Below, in pieces: positions 20,201 to 30,353 of a stretch of DNA of 64,000 nucleotides. The notes beneath the pieces were generated by a model. The model worked only from the letters and a program-made list of their open reading frames with translations. It was not told the DNA's origin and made no database searches. Source of the DNA: a virus; IMG/VR virus record IMGVR_UViG_3300031772_004865, positions 1 to 64,000 of that record. One strand, written 5' to 3'. A program made the translations under genes and the position numbers. Numbering within the stretch: the first letter of the stretch is position 1; each line of letters starts with the position of its first letter.

Positions 20201-20520
20201 TCAATATCAATAAATAAATATTTAGTTGGAGAAGGAAGAATTTCACTTACCTTATCAATCATGTAACGTTTTGGATAAATAACATCTGCCTCATAAGAAG
20301 TATCTGTTTTCCGTCTTTTTATTTCTCCAGGTTCTCTGCAAGTAATTTTCGATACTTTTTTTCCGTCGATTGTTTGATAAATTCCTTTCGGGTCCTCTTC
20401 ATAAAAATAAGGTTTAAAAATAGTATCCTGCATAATAGTAAGAGAACCATCCTTCTGTCTATTAAAAAGATATATCTTATTTCCTATATTGGCTATATTT
20501 TTTAAAGGATAATTAAGCAT
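17200..20520 (-). CDS. polB: Family B DNA polymerase (intein-containing)
   Basis: Exo DIE, GWN...FD; motif A DLG/SAYP split by intein; KALVNSLFG; YLDTDS. Confidence 0.95.
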   Translation of the reverse strand: MLNYPLKNIANIGNKIYLFNRQKDGSLTIMQDTIFKPYFYEEDPKGIYQTIDGKKVSKITCREPGEIKRRKTDTSYEADVIYPKRYMIDKVSEILPSPTKYLFIDIEIQTKELPSYLNPDKTITSISIYNSLEKTIRNWFIKDYLEDLIFEKLDYKQDKLEMAEDDLLKNAIRYIKDTQPDLILGWNFVQFDYPYLAARIKRLWNLELAELISPISKMRYGRKEDEIPYPTGISILDYLDLFKKIYKGEVSYALDSIAHKYLNTPLNKKADFSQITEEIKEKNIEDIKKMVGIEKEKKIIPYYDEIRRMGKCLWEDIVWNSKVLDMMLLSEAKSKGIVLPSKHYGEDFIEEIEFEGAYRKCDTGRFENLYKLDLGCYSEDTEILSIDGWKKYNELQEKEELATFSVERNLIEFQQMLYLNIKKVKILEMYSLENSKTKQLLTWNHKVLYKYTVNNNHKKAKKDSWQIAFAKDFHTYHTILPLSANFKRNKDYPISDELLKIHAWIITEGHNELGNSRVKSNIYHISQSSKANPVFCKEIDLLFKQLKWNVSKYDRKGIRKGELDWNLKWLYSTYIQLEDNYKVIPLWMLKELSTRQLNILFKELMKGDGDKNKNNYNAKDKLARDRFQYLLVLLGYSTQEDGRKNVYFNNEHYTNLYSPQKKKVLYSGIVWCPTVKNGFVIMRRKGKVFISGNSAYPMAIIDFCLDIANLTINKNELKIDITDRETNEVKYPVYFKQNSNALLPTLARKLIIKKDYLKKQLKSLDPETPEAKDLQMKYDAVKALVNSLFGVTALKVFRLYNVNIASAITSIVRDLLHYIEIELGKRSVKVIYLDTDSVMVIAKENPLELCNQLVQQWAKEKYNKEKTGIEFDYEGKYEQILIVALCHYKGRLRTKDNKLKIEVKGIEAKRKDSSKFMQEFQTKLIDKILDNESQEAIVEFIVSQKEAIKTVSITEIGFPCKISNTTVYKSPPIFTRALEYSKELCGFNKVAGDTFYYLYVEPFGKAIRRATRSMKNKDTGEKEEKSSEKEIDKNVLAYNEEQFDHVKNINWKKMIDKTIIGKCENIFEALGWDLGLIKEIKVKKTKKQDNLTEKEINEELKRRGLI
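18442..19395 (-). mobile_element. Intein (318 aa) in PolB motif A with LAGLIDADG-type core
   Basis: Starts CYSEDTEIL, block B LTWNH, ends VWCPTV...ISGN followed by extein Ser; AWIITEG and LMKGDG blocks. Confidence 0.9.
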
Positions 20521-20744
20521 TATTTCCCTTTATTGTATTCTTCAAACGCTTTATATAATCTTCCTTCTTTAGGTAATTTAGTCCAATCATTATTTATACT
20601 TAATAATAATTGTTTGCATTTATTATCACAATGTAAAGTTTCTTTAATCCCTTTCATTGAAAAACAATTAACCAATTCATTTGGGTCTATCGGTAAAATA
20701 TACTTCCCACAAACATCACAAATTGCTCCTGAACTTGTTATCAT
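20520..20744 (-). CDS. Zn-finger hypothetical protein
   Basis: CDVC...HCDNKC, coupled to polB start. Confidence 0.55.
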   Translation of the reverse strand: MITSSGAICDVCGKYILPIDPNELVNCFSMKGIKETLHCDNKCKQLLLSINNDWTKLPKEGRLYKAFEEYNKGK

Positions 20745-20753
20745 TCTATCTCC

Positions 20754-21116
20754 TTATTTATAATCAATAATTAAATGAGCAGGAATCCAAATTGCATCCC
20801 TCCCATTATCTATTAATAAATTCATCATTTTATTTGCTCCAACGGGGTTCATGCTATGAATATAACAAAGTGTATCTACTTGTAAATTATTTTCAATAAG
20901 TTTTTTTATAAATTGATAACCTGTATTTTCTTCTGAAGAATCAACCCAATGACGACTATCCAAATCATAGTCAAGCATCATTACTTTAAATTCATTAAGC
21001 AAACATGATTCATACGCATCCTTAACATTATCAAAAATAAATAATTCTTGATTTTTAAATAATTGTTTAAATTTTTCTATTCTTTCAAAATTATCTTCGA
21101 GTATTAAAATTTTCAT
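20754..21116 (-). CDS. Cyclic-phosphate-processing receiver-like domain protein
   Basis: ILILED, LDYDL, TGY, IHSMNPVGA. Confidence 0.7.
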   Translation of the reverse strand: MKILILEDNFERIEKFKQLFKNQELFIFDNVKDAYESCLLNEFKVMMLDYDLDSRHWVDSSEENTGYQFIKKLIENNLQVDTLCYIHSMNPVGANKMMNLLIDNGRDAIWIPAHLIIDYK

Positions 21117-21745
21117 TTTAATTCTAATCCACAATTACCACATTGAGTTGATAAATTATTTTTTAGTGGACCATCACATTGACATGGAATCCCATCAGTA
21201 TTATCTACAGGAGTTATTAAATCTTTAGTAGTTGCAATATAATCTGCGGTATAAACACAAAGTTCTAATAAGGTATAATCTTTTATCTCTTTTTTTATTA
21301 TTTGAGGAGTCCACAATCCCATGTGAAAACAAATACAATTATTTATTTTTTGTAGTATTTCATCATTAAATTCGTCGCTAATTATAAAATAATTATGAGC
21401 ATATACAGGATGATTTTCATAATCGGCATAAGTTATTTTAGGGTCTTCTTTTGGAGAAGGAACTTTAGCAATATCATGTAAAATAGTTGCAGATAAAACA
21501 ATATCTCTATCTATTCCTTTTATTCCCCATCCATCGCACAATCTATTGGCAATATAAATAGTTCTTTTTACATGAATTAATAATCCACTTTTTATGCAAG
21601 TACATGTTGGATGATATTTTCCTGTAGAAGAAGCCATTCCAATAAAAAAATAATTTGGAGTATTATTTAAAGTTGATTTGGTAAAATTTTTAATTTCTTG
21701 ATTTTGAATTAAATTAATTTCTTGTTCTAATACATTCTTATTCAT
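21113..21745 (-). CDS. HD-domain phosphohydrolase
   Basis: ASSTGKYH, GLLIH, LHDIAK, HMG, ADY. Confidence 0.85.
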   Translation of the reverse strand: MNKNVLEQEINLIQNQEIKNFTKSTLNNTPNYFFIGMASSTGKYHPTCTCIKSGLLIHVKRTIYIANRLCDGWGIKGIDRDIVLSATILHDIAKVPSPKEDPKITYADYENHPVYAHNYFIISDEFNDEILQKINNCICFHMGLWTPQIIKKEIKDYTLLELCVYTADYIATTKDLITPVDNTDGIPCQCDGPLKNNLSTQCGNCGLELK

Positions 21746-21987
21746 TTTATTTCTTTATCCTCTTTAAAATAATAATCATATAAACTATACTTAATATTAG
21801 AATATACACTATCAAAAGTTTGTTTATTTAATTGACAGAACTTATGTAAATTTTCAAAAGGAATAGTCATAGTTTCCTTCCCATAAGTAATTTGTAATGG
21901 TTTTTTCTCATCAATACATTTTTGAATAATATAACTACGAACAGAGGCAAATCCTTTATAAAGTTTTTTGATTTTAACTTTTTTCAT
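21742..21987 (-). CDS. Hypothetical protein
   Basis: Coupled ORF. Confidence 0.55.
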   Translation of the reverse strand: MKKVKIKKLYKGFASVRSYIIQKCIDEKKPLQITYGKETMTIPFENLHKFCQLNKQTFDSVYSNIKYSLYDYYFKEDKEIK

Positions 21988-22129
21988 TTTATTTTAATTA
22001 TATATTTTTTAATTAAACATTCTATTATTAAACAAAATATGCCGAAATTAGAAATTCTAAAATCTATCCATAATTTTCCATTTTTAAAATAACTCTTAAC
22101 ATCTTTAAAATAAAAAGGTAATTTAGCCA

Positions 22130-22396
22130 TTATAATCCTATCTGTAAACGTTCTTGAATAATTTTATAATCTTTATCTTCATGTAATCTATAGGTTAAAT
22201 AAGCAATAACATTTCTGTTATCTTGATTATTTTCTTGGAAATCTACTCTTAACAATTCTACTATATAACCTATATAATAGTTTGGCTCGTTAATTTGTTT
22301 ATTAAATAAATCAAATACATAATTTTTTACTGATTCTTTATAATTTTGGGCTTTTACCATTTGTTCTTGAGAAACTTCTATTCTATGAATAAACAT
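22130..22396 (-). CDS. Hypothetical protein
   Basis: ORF with GAGG RBS. Confidence 0.55.
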   Translation of the reverse strand: MFIHRIEVSQEQMVKAQNYKESVKNYVFDLFNKQINEPNYYIGYIVELLRVDFQENNQDNRNVIAYLTYRLHEDKDYKIIQERLQIGL

Positions 22397-22697
22397 TATT
22401 TCCTCTTTTTTAATTTAGGACAAAATTTTTGTTCACATAACTGTGCTTTATTTTTTGGATGTATACAAAAAATAGAATTATCATATTGACATTGTTTAAA
22501 ATTACATTTTTTCATTTTTAATTTACTCCTATTTTAATCTTTAAATGCTAATACAATTTTAGCACAATCAGATTTATTATATAAAGTATTGTACTTATCC
22601 ACTTCTAATGCTTTCTGTTTTGCTTCTATTTCATTTTCAGCAAATACATCTAACTCTGTTTTACCTACAACTTTATAAATATGTATATGATATTTCA

Positions 22698-23858
22698 TTA
22701 TTCCTCCTGTTCGAATTCAATCCAATCTTTATACAAAGTTTCAATCTCAGAATTACTAGGTTTCCTAAATCCAAATTCATTATAAAAATTAGTTCTTACT
22801 TCCGTTTCTTCTGGTGCAGTTCCACTAATCTTTTTCTTTTCTAATCTGTAGCAAATTTCAAATCCTATCGGAAATGATTTATTTTTATCTCCTATTTTAA
22901 ATTTATAAGTAGGCGCATCTGCCTTTGTGGCACGATATGTCTTAATAATAAGTGTCGCCCAATGAGCAAGTGCTTTACCACCACTTAATTTTTCTAATTT
23001 TATGTATCCTCCTAAATCCATTCTTGATTGTCCTATTAAAATAAAAGTTACATTACCTTTATAATTTCCTGAAGCATCCATTCTAAAAAATTGACTTAAA
23101 CGTCTTGCCAATAATGCCATTGTATCATCGCCTGTGCTTTTTTCTTCGCCTTTCTTGGTTTCCTGTTCACCTTCAGGAGAAAGAGATTGTACTGAATCTA
23201 AAATTATTACATCGACTACCTTTTCTTTACTCATCTTAATTGCGGTATCTAATCCTTCTTCGGCATGGTCAAAATGACCAATTAATAATTTACTTCTATC
23301 TATTCCGCATTTATCTGCCCAAGAATTATCAAATGAAGTTTCCAAATCTAAATAAAGACAAGTCTTTCCTAATTTTTGAGCTTGAGCAATCAAATAAAGT
23401 GCTGTAGTACTCTTTGTTGAACCTTTGTTTCCCCAAATAACAGAAAATGCTCCTGCAGGGAATCCAGTAATCATTTTATCTAATTCAGGTATACCTGTAG
23501 GAATTCTTTCTCTTTCGGGTTCTTCAGAAGCAAAATGTATGATTTCATGTCCAAATTGTTTAGTTAATTCATTTATTGTTTTCTTTAGTTCAGGATTGAT
23601 AGAAATTTCTTTTTCAGGCAAATTTGCATCACTTTGTTCCATTATTGGGTCTATTTCTTCTTTTTGGCTATCTTCTTTGCGACTTTTTAATAATTTATGG
23701 CACAATGGAGGAGTTTTAATTAATTCTTTTTCCAAATTAATTCTTTCTAATTTACCTTCTTTGGCTTCTTGCAATCCTTTTTCTACTAATTTTTTGGATT
23801 CCTTAGATAAAGGAATTATTTTATTCTTCTTTCCTTTTGCACCTTTAGTTCTACTCAT
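22698..23858 (-). CDS. recA: RecA/UvsX-like recombinase with long N-terminal extension
   Basis: IPTGIPELD, GNKGSTKS, LDLE, ILDSV, ARRLSQ, SGGKAL. Confidence 0.88.
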   Translation of the reverse strand: MSRTKGAKGKKNKIIPLSKESKKLVEKGLQEAKEGKLERINLEKELIKTPPLCHKLLKSRKEDSQKEEIDPIMEQSDANLPEKEISINPELKKTINELTKQFGHEIIHFASEEPERERIPTGIPELDKMITGFPAGAFSVIWGNKGSTKSTTALYLIAQAQKLGKTCLYLDLETSFDNSWADKCGIDRSKLLIGHFDHAEEGLDTAIKMSKEKVVDVIILDSVQSLSPEGEQETKKGEEKSTGDDTMALLARRLSQFFRMDASGNYKGNVTFILIGQSRMDLGGYIKLEKLSGGKALAHWATLIIKTYRATKADAPTYKFKIGDKNKSFPIGFEICYRLEKKKISGTAPEETEVRTNFYNEFGFRKPSNSEIETLYKDWIEFEQEE

Positions 23859-24102
23859 TATTGCCTCCAAGAATTCTTCTGCATAAAATATGATAGTTTC
23901 TTCCTTTTACATACTTATGACATCTTTTACAGGCAAGTTCATTTTCATCGGTATTATAAGTATTATGTCCTATTATTATGCAAACTAATTGCATAAAAGT
24001 ATCTTCTAAAACATATCTTCTGCACCATTTATTAAATCTATATCTTAATGCATTTTCCCAACCTGCTTTAGTAAATAAATCATAACCTTCTCTACTTGGC
24101 AT
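23851..24102 (-). CDS. Hypothetical protein
   Basis: C...GH...CKRC. Confidence 0.5.
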   Translation of the reverse strand: MPSREGYDLFTKAGWENALRYRFNKWCRRYVLEDTFMQLVCIIIGHNTYNTDENELACKRCHKYVKGRNYHILCRRILGGNNE

Positions 24103-24277
24103 TTTCTAACTCCTTTTATTTAACATCTCTTCTATTACCTACTATTTTATTTCCTAAATATTTAATAACATCTGTAAGTTTTAATAATTTATAATTACTA
24201 AACTTATTTAAATAGTATCCACTATACCAAATCAAATCTCCTATAAATATCCTTAATTTTAGCATTTTATTCCTCTC

Positions 24278-24613
24278 CTAATCCCAAAGGTTTCCCATGT
24301 ATTTTATAAATAATTCCAATCCTTCTTGATATTCCTTTTTTTCTATTTCAGTTAAAATTCTCCCCTCATTTACCCAAATAAGATGTAATTTAAAAGCACG
24401 AATCATTTTATCTAATCTTTCATCTCGTTTTATTAGAGCAGTTTCATCATCGTATTTTTCGGCTAAATCAATAGGTATTCCATGTTGATATTTTTTAAGA
24501 TAAGTAATTCCTTCAGAAATTATTTCTGCTAAACAAATATCAAAATCCCAGGTATCTTCGTTAGCCCAACCTCTAATACCTCTTTGTATAAAATTACGTA
24601 TTTTTCTAATCAT
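24278..24613 (-). CDS. Conserved phage hypothetical protein
   Basis: RGW...DTW..D...LWD pattern common in phages. Confidence 0.6.
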   Translation of the reverse strand: MIRKIRNFIQRGIRGWANEDTWDFDICLAEIISEGITYLKKYQHGIPIDLAEKYDDETALIKRDERLDKMIRAFKLHLIWVNEGRILTEIEKKEYQEGLELFIKYMGNLWD

Positions 24614-24945
24614 TTCTTCTCCTTTAATAATCTACAAAAATCAGCAAATGTTAGCATAATTAATTTGCCCTCTATCTCATTCTCTATAACATACAATGGT
24701 ATTTTGGTACTATTCAAAGGAACTTGATTTAATAAATCCTGCCAAACTTTCTTACTAAAGAATTTTCCTTTATGATTCTTACATTCACTATACACGTTTT
24801 TGGAAAGACAATCTCCTATTTCAGTATTCCTTTGTCCACCAGAAGAAGCCTTAGTAGGTCTTATAGGAGGATTTTCTTGAAAAATCTCCTGTAATTTTTC
24901 ACAAACAAATTCTTCTAATTGTTTACCTTTTTCTTTATTAGTCAT
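24610..24945 (-). CDS. Hjc-like PD-(D/E)XK resolvase/nuclease
   Basis: KEKGKQLE, SSGG, GD, ECKN. Confidence 0.7.
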   Translation of the reverse strand: MTNKEKGKQLEEFVCEKLQEIFQENPPIRPTKASSGGQRNTEIGDCLSKNVYSECKNHKGKFFSKKVWQDLLNQVPLNSTKIPLYVIENEIEGKLIMLTFADFCRLLKEKK

Positions 24946-24946
24946 T

Positions 24947-25279
24947 TTAAATTATCTTTTTTTTAGTTAGTTCTCTTCTTTCATCCATTCTTCTTAATAT
25001 TTCAATCGGTAAATATTCGTTTAATAATGTGAATAAGTTTTCCAAATCTCCATGTCTGAATTGATTGGTATATCCACCTGGAAACTCTCTAACAACAGTA
25101 ATATATCCATTTTTCCATTTTGTTAATCTAATATTTTTATTTCTATATATTTCAATTCTTTGTTCTCTATCTGAATATTTATAACATTCTTTAGAACAAT
25201 ATTTTCTATCTGGATTATCAGTAAAAAAGGTTTTTCCACATTTGATTCTTTTACATTTAATTGGAATTTTAATTTTCAT
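24947..25279 (-). CDS. Zn-finger hypothetical protein
   Basis: C....CGKTF...KYCSKEC. Confidence 0.55.
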   Translation of the reverse strand: MKIKIPIKCKRIKCGKTFFTDNPDRKYCSKECYKYSDREQRIEIYRNKNIRLTKWKNGYITVVREFPGGYTNQFRHGDLENLFTLLNEYLPIEILRRMDERRELTKKKII

Positions 25280-27165
25280 TATATTGGATTATTAGTTTCA
25301 TTTAATTCTTTATTAAAAAAATTAAATTTACAATTTATTCGTTCCGTTTGATTATGTCCAAGAGGGTCTCGCATTTTATCTATAATCCAATGACCTTCTA
25401 TTCCATCACTAGGATTATTATATTGATACCTTGCAGCAAATGAAGCAAATGATTTAATTAAATTCACAGCAAAATAATCATCGTTTTCTTTTAATTGAGT
25501 AAAAACAATGAGGATTCCACCTTTACGCCTCATTTCATCAGCAAGATGTTTAAATACTGATTGTGTCATTGCAAAGTCTTCCCCTGTGTACAACCAATCA
25601 ATTATGGAAAAAGAATTAGGCACAATTTCTATTTGGGTAGGATTATCAATTGATTCTTTTGAAATATAATAATCTTTTTGAGTTAATCCTAATTTTTGAG
25701 CTATTTTTTCGTGTCTACTGCCTGATTCCAAAGAAATGTAATAAGGCATTATCTCATCATTTAATTTTTTGGCGTTTTCTTTAATTTTTTTGATAATATT
25801 CATAGCAATATGTGTTTTTCCTTTACCTGTTGCAGTTCCTAATAAAACAATATCTCCACTATGAAAATTAGCCACATTACTAAAATAAGGTATTTCGTAT
25901 TTATATTCTGCAGAAAATTCTTGTGCCTCAGTAACCCATTCTATTTGTTGTTTTAGGTCATAACGACCTCTTCCTCTTCTAACTAATTTACCTTCTTTAT
26001 GTAATTTAGCTAAGTATTTATCTACAATTGCTCTTTTTAAATTAGTATGTTCCATTACATCTTTTGCAGAAATATCGCATTGCAATAATTTACAACATTC
26101 GTAAATCGCTTTTTCTTGAGTGGATTCTTCTGTTTCTTTATAACCTTCCAAACTTCCTATCATGCCTCTAATAGCATTTTGTGGCATGGGATTTTCTAAT
26201 AATTGAGTATTAAAAACACTTAAAGTAAATTCTACTTGCTCGGGAGTTAATTTATTAATAAGTATCCCCCCTAATTTAATAAAAGTATCATTACAACATC
26301 CTATTAAATTATTATTTTTGAGTTTAGGTAATTCTCCTTTTTGTTGTGTCAAATCTTCTGACATTTTTTCTGTTTCTACCCTATCTACCTTATTGAGAAA
26401 TAATAACTTAGATTTGACATTTTCAGGTACATTTTTTATGTCAGAACCAAGATTTACCCAAGTATAATTAAGATTATTAATCTTTGAAGGAGAACATAAA
26501 ATTTGACCTCCATCATTCCTAATATCAATAGTAACTCCAGCAATTTTTGAGGTTTGTTTTATTTCTTTATCATACTTAAAAATAAAATGCTTTCCATGTG
26601 GGGTATTTTGAATTAATGTTTTTGATGCAGTTAATTCTTTATAAATTTCTTCGTATTCTCCCGAAGGAGCAACTTTTAAATCAGCATCTATTACAGTAAT
26701 TCCACTAACTTCTCCTGTTCTAATACCTAAATTAAGACCACCTTCTATCCACTTTAAAATCTCCGATTTATCTTTATGAGTTTTATTGGTCCAATCTTTT
26801 TCTAAAGGAATTTTTCCATTTTTAGCAATTGGAAGGAAAGACCAACCATATTTTTGATATAATTCTAACTCTGGATAATTATCTAATTTTAAAGAATTAA
26901 TTAAAAAATCCATAACTTCTCCATCAGTCATTGGTTTATTTTCTAATAATCTAACAATATCGTATACATTTCCTTTCCAATTACATTGAAGACAATAAAT
27001 CTTATTATCAGTTCCTGGAATAGTTGTGGCAGTTGGTGATTTTCCTTTATATTTATGTTGACCAATATTAGGACAAGTAAATAGGATTTGTCCTTTCTTT
27101 TGGGTCTTCTCAAATTCAGGAAGTTTAATTTTTAAATATTCTAAAAATTTAGTAAAATCAATCAT
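25279..27165 (-). CDS. Primase-polymerase (bifunctional Prim-Pol) fused to RecA-type helicase
   Basis: N-terminal Zn finger, KIPL, NLGIRTG, VIDAD, TPHGKH, DIRNDGG; C-terminal GTATGKGKT, IIDW. Confidence 0.85.
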   Translation of the reverse strand: MIDFTKFLEYLKIKLPEFEKTQKKGQILFTCPNIGQHKYKGKSPTATTIPGTDNKIYCLQCNWKGNVYDIVRLLENKPMTDGEVMDFLINSLKLDNYPELELYQKYGWSFLPIAKNGKIPLEKDWTNKTHKDKSEILKWIEGGLNLGIRTGEVSGITVIDADLKVAPSGEYEEIYKELTASKTLIQNTPHGKHFIFKYDKEIKQTSKIAGVTIDIRNDGGQILCSPSKINNLNYTWVNLGSDIKNVPENVKSKLLFLNKVDRVETEKMSEDLTQQKGELPKLKNNNLIGCCNDTFIKLGGILINKLTPEQVEFTLSVFNTQLLENPMPQNAIRGMIGSLEGYKETEESTQEKAIYECCKLLQCDISAKDVMEHTNLKRAIVDKYLAKLHKEGKLVRRGRGRYDLKQQIEWVTEAQEFSAEYKYEIPYFSNVANFHSGDIVLLGTATGKGKTHIAMNIIKKIKENAKKLNDEIMPYYISLESGSRHEKIAQKLGLTQKDYYISKESIDNPTQIEIVPNSFSIIDWLYTGEDFAMTQSVFKHLADEMRRKGGILIVFTQLKENDDYFAVNLIKSFASFAARYQYNNPSDGIEGHWIIDKMRDPLGHNQTERINCKFNFFNKELNETNNPI

Positions 27166-27827
27166 TATTTTGCTCCTTTACTCATATTTTCTTCAGCCCA
27201 TAAGGGTTGGAGATTTTTCCAATTAAAACATTTATGCTGTTCGCTTAATTTAAATAAATCAAATAAAGCACATGGTTTAATATGGTCTATGTGCCATTTA
27301 CCCATGTTCTCCCACGTCATTCCTGTCTTAAATAGTTTCTGTAAATGTTGTTTTAAATGGTCAATAGAACAACCAATTAATTTCATAGTAACTTCAGATT
27401 TAATATTTCTTTTTAATGCATACCAAATTCTACTTCTTAAAACACGTCTTAATTTAAAATTAATATCGGTTTTCATTCTATTTTTTATATAACGATTAAA
27501 TTCTTTTTTATGTTTATTTTGATAAATTTTTTGTTGTTCTAAAAGTTTTTTTCTATGAATTTTATAATATAATTTACTTCGTTTTTTATTATATTCTTTT
27601 CTGTATTCATTAAAACATTCCTCAGAACAAAATTTTTGATTACCATTGTAAAGAATGAATTCTTTTTTGCAAATTAAACAAAATTTAAATTGTTTGGGTC
27701 TTGGTAAATATTGTTGTTTTATACATTCTCTACATCGACAAGTTAATCTATCTTTCTGATTTTTATCGCAATAGAATTCTTCTATAGATTTTATAATTTT
27801 ACATTTACTACAAATTTTATTTTTCAT
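27165..27827 (-). CDS. HNH homing endonuclease
   Basis: CSKC...CREC; WHIDHIKP...NLQPLWAEEN. Confidence 0.85.
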   Translation of the reverse strand: MKNKICSKCKIIKSIEEFYCDKNQKDRLTCRCRECIKQQYLPRPKQFKFCLICKKEFILYNGNQKFCSEECFNEYRKEYNKKRSKLYYKIHRKKLLEQQKIYQNKHKKEFNRYIKNRMKTDINFKLRRVLRSRIWYALKRNIKSEVTMKLIGCSIDHLKQHLQKLFKTGMTWENMGKWHIDHIKPCALFDLFKLSEQHKCFNWKNLQPLWAEENMSKGAK

Positions 27828-27833
27828 GTTACC

Positions 27834-28400
27834 TTATTCTGCTCTTAACCAGTCTAAAAATAAATCTGCAATTAATTTAGTAACTTCTGCCAATGCCTCT
27901 GGAGATTTATCTTCTAATTGAATAGTTGAATTGCTTACTACCGCAGCAGCAGCATTTAAAGCATTACCACGTTGAATTTGTGCAGTTTTCTCAGGATTAT
28001 TATAATTTCCAGGAGTCCAAGTTGTTCTTTCTTTGCCTGTATCTTTTTCATCAATTACTTGTGTTTGTGCAGGATTCTTTTTATTACACATAAAACATTT
28101 TTTATACTTCCCATCTTTTAATTCTGCACCGCAATCTGTACAATTAAATCCAGTTGCAGTTTTAGTTTCTTCTTTTTTCTGTTCGAATTTAACTTTTTCT
28201 ATTTTAGAAACATTACGAAATACTCCATTCTTCACAAAAGTAATTTCAACTGTATCTCCTTTTTCTACCTTAGCCAAATCATCAAGAATTTCCTTATTAG
28301 TAGTATACCATTGGTCTTTGTCTCCTGCAATTTTGAATCCTTTTTTATTTGTTGCTTTGTAATCTATTACTACTGTAAGTGTTTCTGTTTTTTTCTCCAT
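27834..28400 (-). CDS. Putative ssDNA-binding/OB-fold protein with Zn ribbon
   Basis: KGD.VEITF beta pattern, CTDC...CFMC; lies in replication block. Confidence 0.4.
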   Translation of the reverse strand: MEKKTETLTVVIDYKATNKKGFKIAGDKDQWYTTNKEILDDLAKVEKGDTVEITFVKNGVFRNVSKIEKVKFEQKKEETKTATGFNCTDCGAELKDGKYKKCFMCNKKNPAQTQVIDEKDTGKERTTWTPGNYNNPEKTAQIQRGNALNAAAAVVSNSTIQLEDKSPEALAEVTKLIADLFLDWLRAE

Positions 28401-28755
28401 TTATTCCTCCCTTAAATTAATATCAAATTCTTTTGACAATTTAACTATCTTACCTACTACCTCTGTAGTAAATTCATCTATATGGAAATAAATTTCTCCA
28501 TCTAAAGGTTTACCAGAAATAACCAGATAAACTTCATTATCATTATCTTTTACTATCTTTGCTTTGTTCATAAATTCCTCCTATTTAATTGTATCACATC
28601 CAAAAGCCATTCCTTTATAAATATGATAATAATAATTTTCTTTATAAATTCCAGTTCCTCCACAAATCTTACATTCACTTTGAGGAATAGGTTTACCTCC
28701 AATCTTAGAACAACAATAACAAGAATATTTTAACACTTTTTTAATTACTTTTAAT

Positions 28756-29496
28756 TTATTCATTTAATTTATAAAGTTTTCTAATTTCCTCTCTTATTGA
28801 ATTAAAAGGTATCTTACTAATATAGAGATTCTTTGGCATCAATTTATCCAATTCTTCTTTAATTGGTTGTTCGATTTCTTGAGGTAATTGTGTTAGGTCA
28901 ACAATTCTCTTTCTAATTTCAAATTCTGCTTCAGACGAAGGTTTGGTAAGTAAATTATCTGAAATATCTCCTTGAATCTTCTCAAGTAAAATTTTCATAG
29001 GAGTTTTTATATCTTTAAATTTTTTAGAAATTGGAGACCAAATTTTTGTATTAGGAAAAATTGCTAATTGTTCTAAATCTCTATCGCTTGAGCAAATAAC
29101 AATTTCTTTATCCTTATAATATCTACAAGCAACTGAAATAATATCATCCGCTTCAGAACCCCAAATCCTTACCCAATGAAACGATAAAGATTGTTCTAAT
29201 TTAGGAATGTAATTATTAAAATTTTCATATCGTTGATGCCACCATTCTGCACTTTCCTTTTCTTCACGTAAATCTTTTCTTTGTGCTTTATAGGAATGGT
29301 CAAGAGATTTGCGCCAACTTTTTCCGAAATCACATGCCATTATTATTATATCTTCCAAATCAATTTGTAATTTTTTGAGGTCTCCAATAAGCATACGAGT
29401 AAATGTATAAACTTCTGGTACTTGTTGAGTTTTTCGATAAGAAAAAATAGCTCGATGCATATAAAACCCTATATCCATTAAAATTACTTTATTCAT
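28756..29496 (-). CDS. 5'-3' exonuclease (FEN/T4 RNase H-like)
   Basis: LMD, SWRK...YKAQR, EADD, SSDRD, GDISDN. Confidence 0.88.
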   Translation of the reverse strand: MNKVILMDIGFYMHRAIFSYRKTQQVPEVYTFTRMLIGDLKKLQIDLEDIIIMACDFGKSWRKSLDHSYKAQRKDLREEKESAEWWHQRYENFNNYIPKLEQSLSFHWVRIWGSEADDIISVACRYYKDKEIVICSSDRDLEQLAIFPNTKIWSPISKKFKDIKTPMKILLEKIQGDISDNLLTKPSSEAEFEIRKRIVDLTQLPQEIEQPIKEELDKLMPKNLYISKIPFNSIREEIRKLYKLNE

Positions 29497-30190
29497 TTTT
29501 GGTATCTCTTTCTTTTATATTACATGGTTTGCAAGTTGTAAATAAATTATTCTTTCTACAATCTTTTCTATTCCTATTTTTATGATGTACTTCTAAATTT
29601 CTTCCATATTTTTTAAAATGTTCTTTTTTAGTCATACCACAAATAACACATTTATTGTGGTCTCTTTGACGAATTTCTTCTCTTAATTTAATAGTAAATT
29701 TTGAAGAATAAGGTTCAGTTCCTTTTCCATCTTTATATTGAGGATGATTTTTACCAGAATTGTTCATTATTCCAGTTTTGTATCTTCGTTTATTCTCACA
29801 AGAATGACATCGTTTAACATTATAATTAGTTAATTGTTTACCACAATCTATACACTTCGGTTTTCCACCTTTAAAATTTCCGTTATTTTTACCTATTAAT
29901 TTTATTCCAAACATACCATTCTTTTTACCTACATTTATTTCTTTTTCAATTAGAGTTCTACTTATCTTATCTTTAGTTATTTTAGTATGATGTTTTCCTT
30001 TATTCCAAGGAATCCATCCTATTTTACCTTTCATTGGATTGCTATTTGGATTTATTTTATATTGATAAATTCTTGCATGATGGCGACATCTTTTTGAAGT
30101 ATAGTCTTTTAATTCTATTCCACAGTCAATACAATGAGGCAAATGTTTTTCTTTTCCTATTACTTTTTTCTTTTTCATTTTATCCTTCAA
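29489..30190 (-). CDS. HNH homing endonuclease with NUMOD3 and CIDC repeats
   Basis: PWNKGKHHT, CIDC x2, RDHNKC...VHH...N...CKPCN. Confidence 0.85.
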   Translation of the reverse strand: MKDKMKKKKVIGKEKHLPHCIDCGIELKDYTSKRCRHHARIYQYKINPNSNPMKGKIGWIPWNKGKHHTKITKDKISRTLIEKEINVGKKNGMFGIKLIGKNNGNFKGGKPKCIDCGKQLTNYNVKRCHSCENKRRYKTGIMNNSGKNHPQYKDGKGTEPYSSKFTIKLREEIRQRDHNKCVICGMTKKEHFKKYGRNLEVHHKNRNRKDCRKNNLFTTCKPCNIKERDTKNE

Positions 30191-30353
30191 TTTCTATAGA
30201 ATTAACAATACACATTTTCTTCTCTATTTCCCATTTAATTATATGTACTAATTCTGCTAATTCATTTTCAGATAACAAACCTTGTCTATAATTAACTCTA
30301 ATTTTTAGAGTTTTAATAAATTTTTCTTTTCCTTCAAATTTTATAATCATTTT

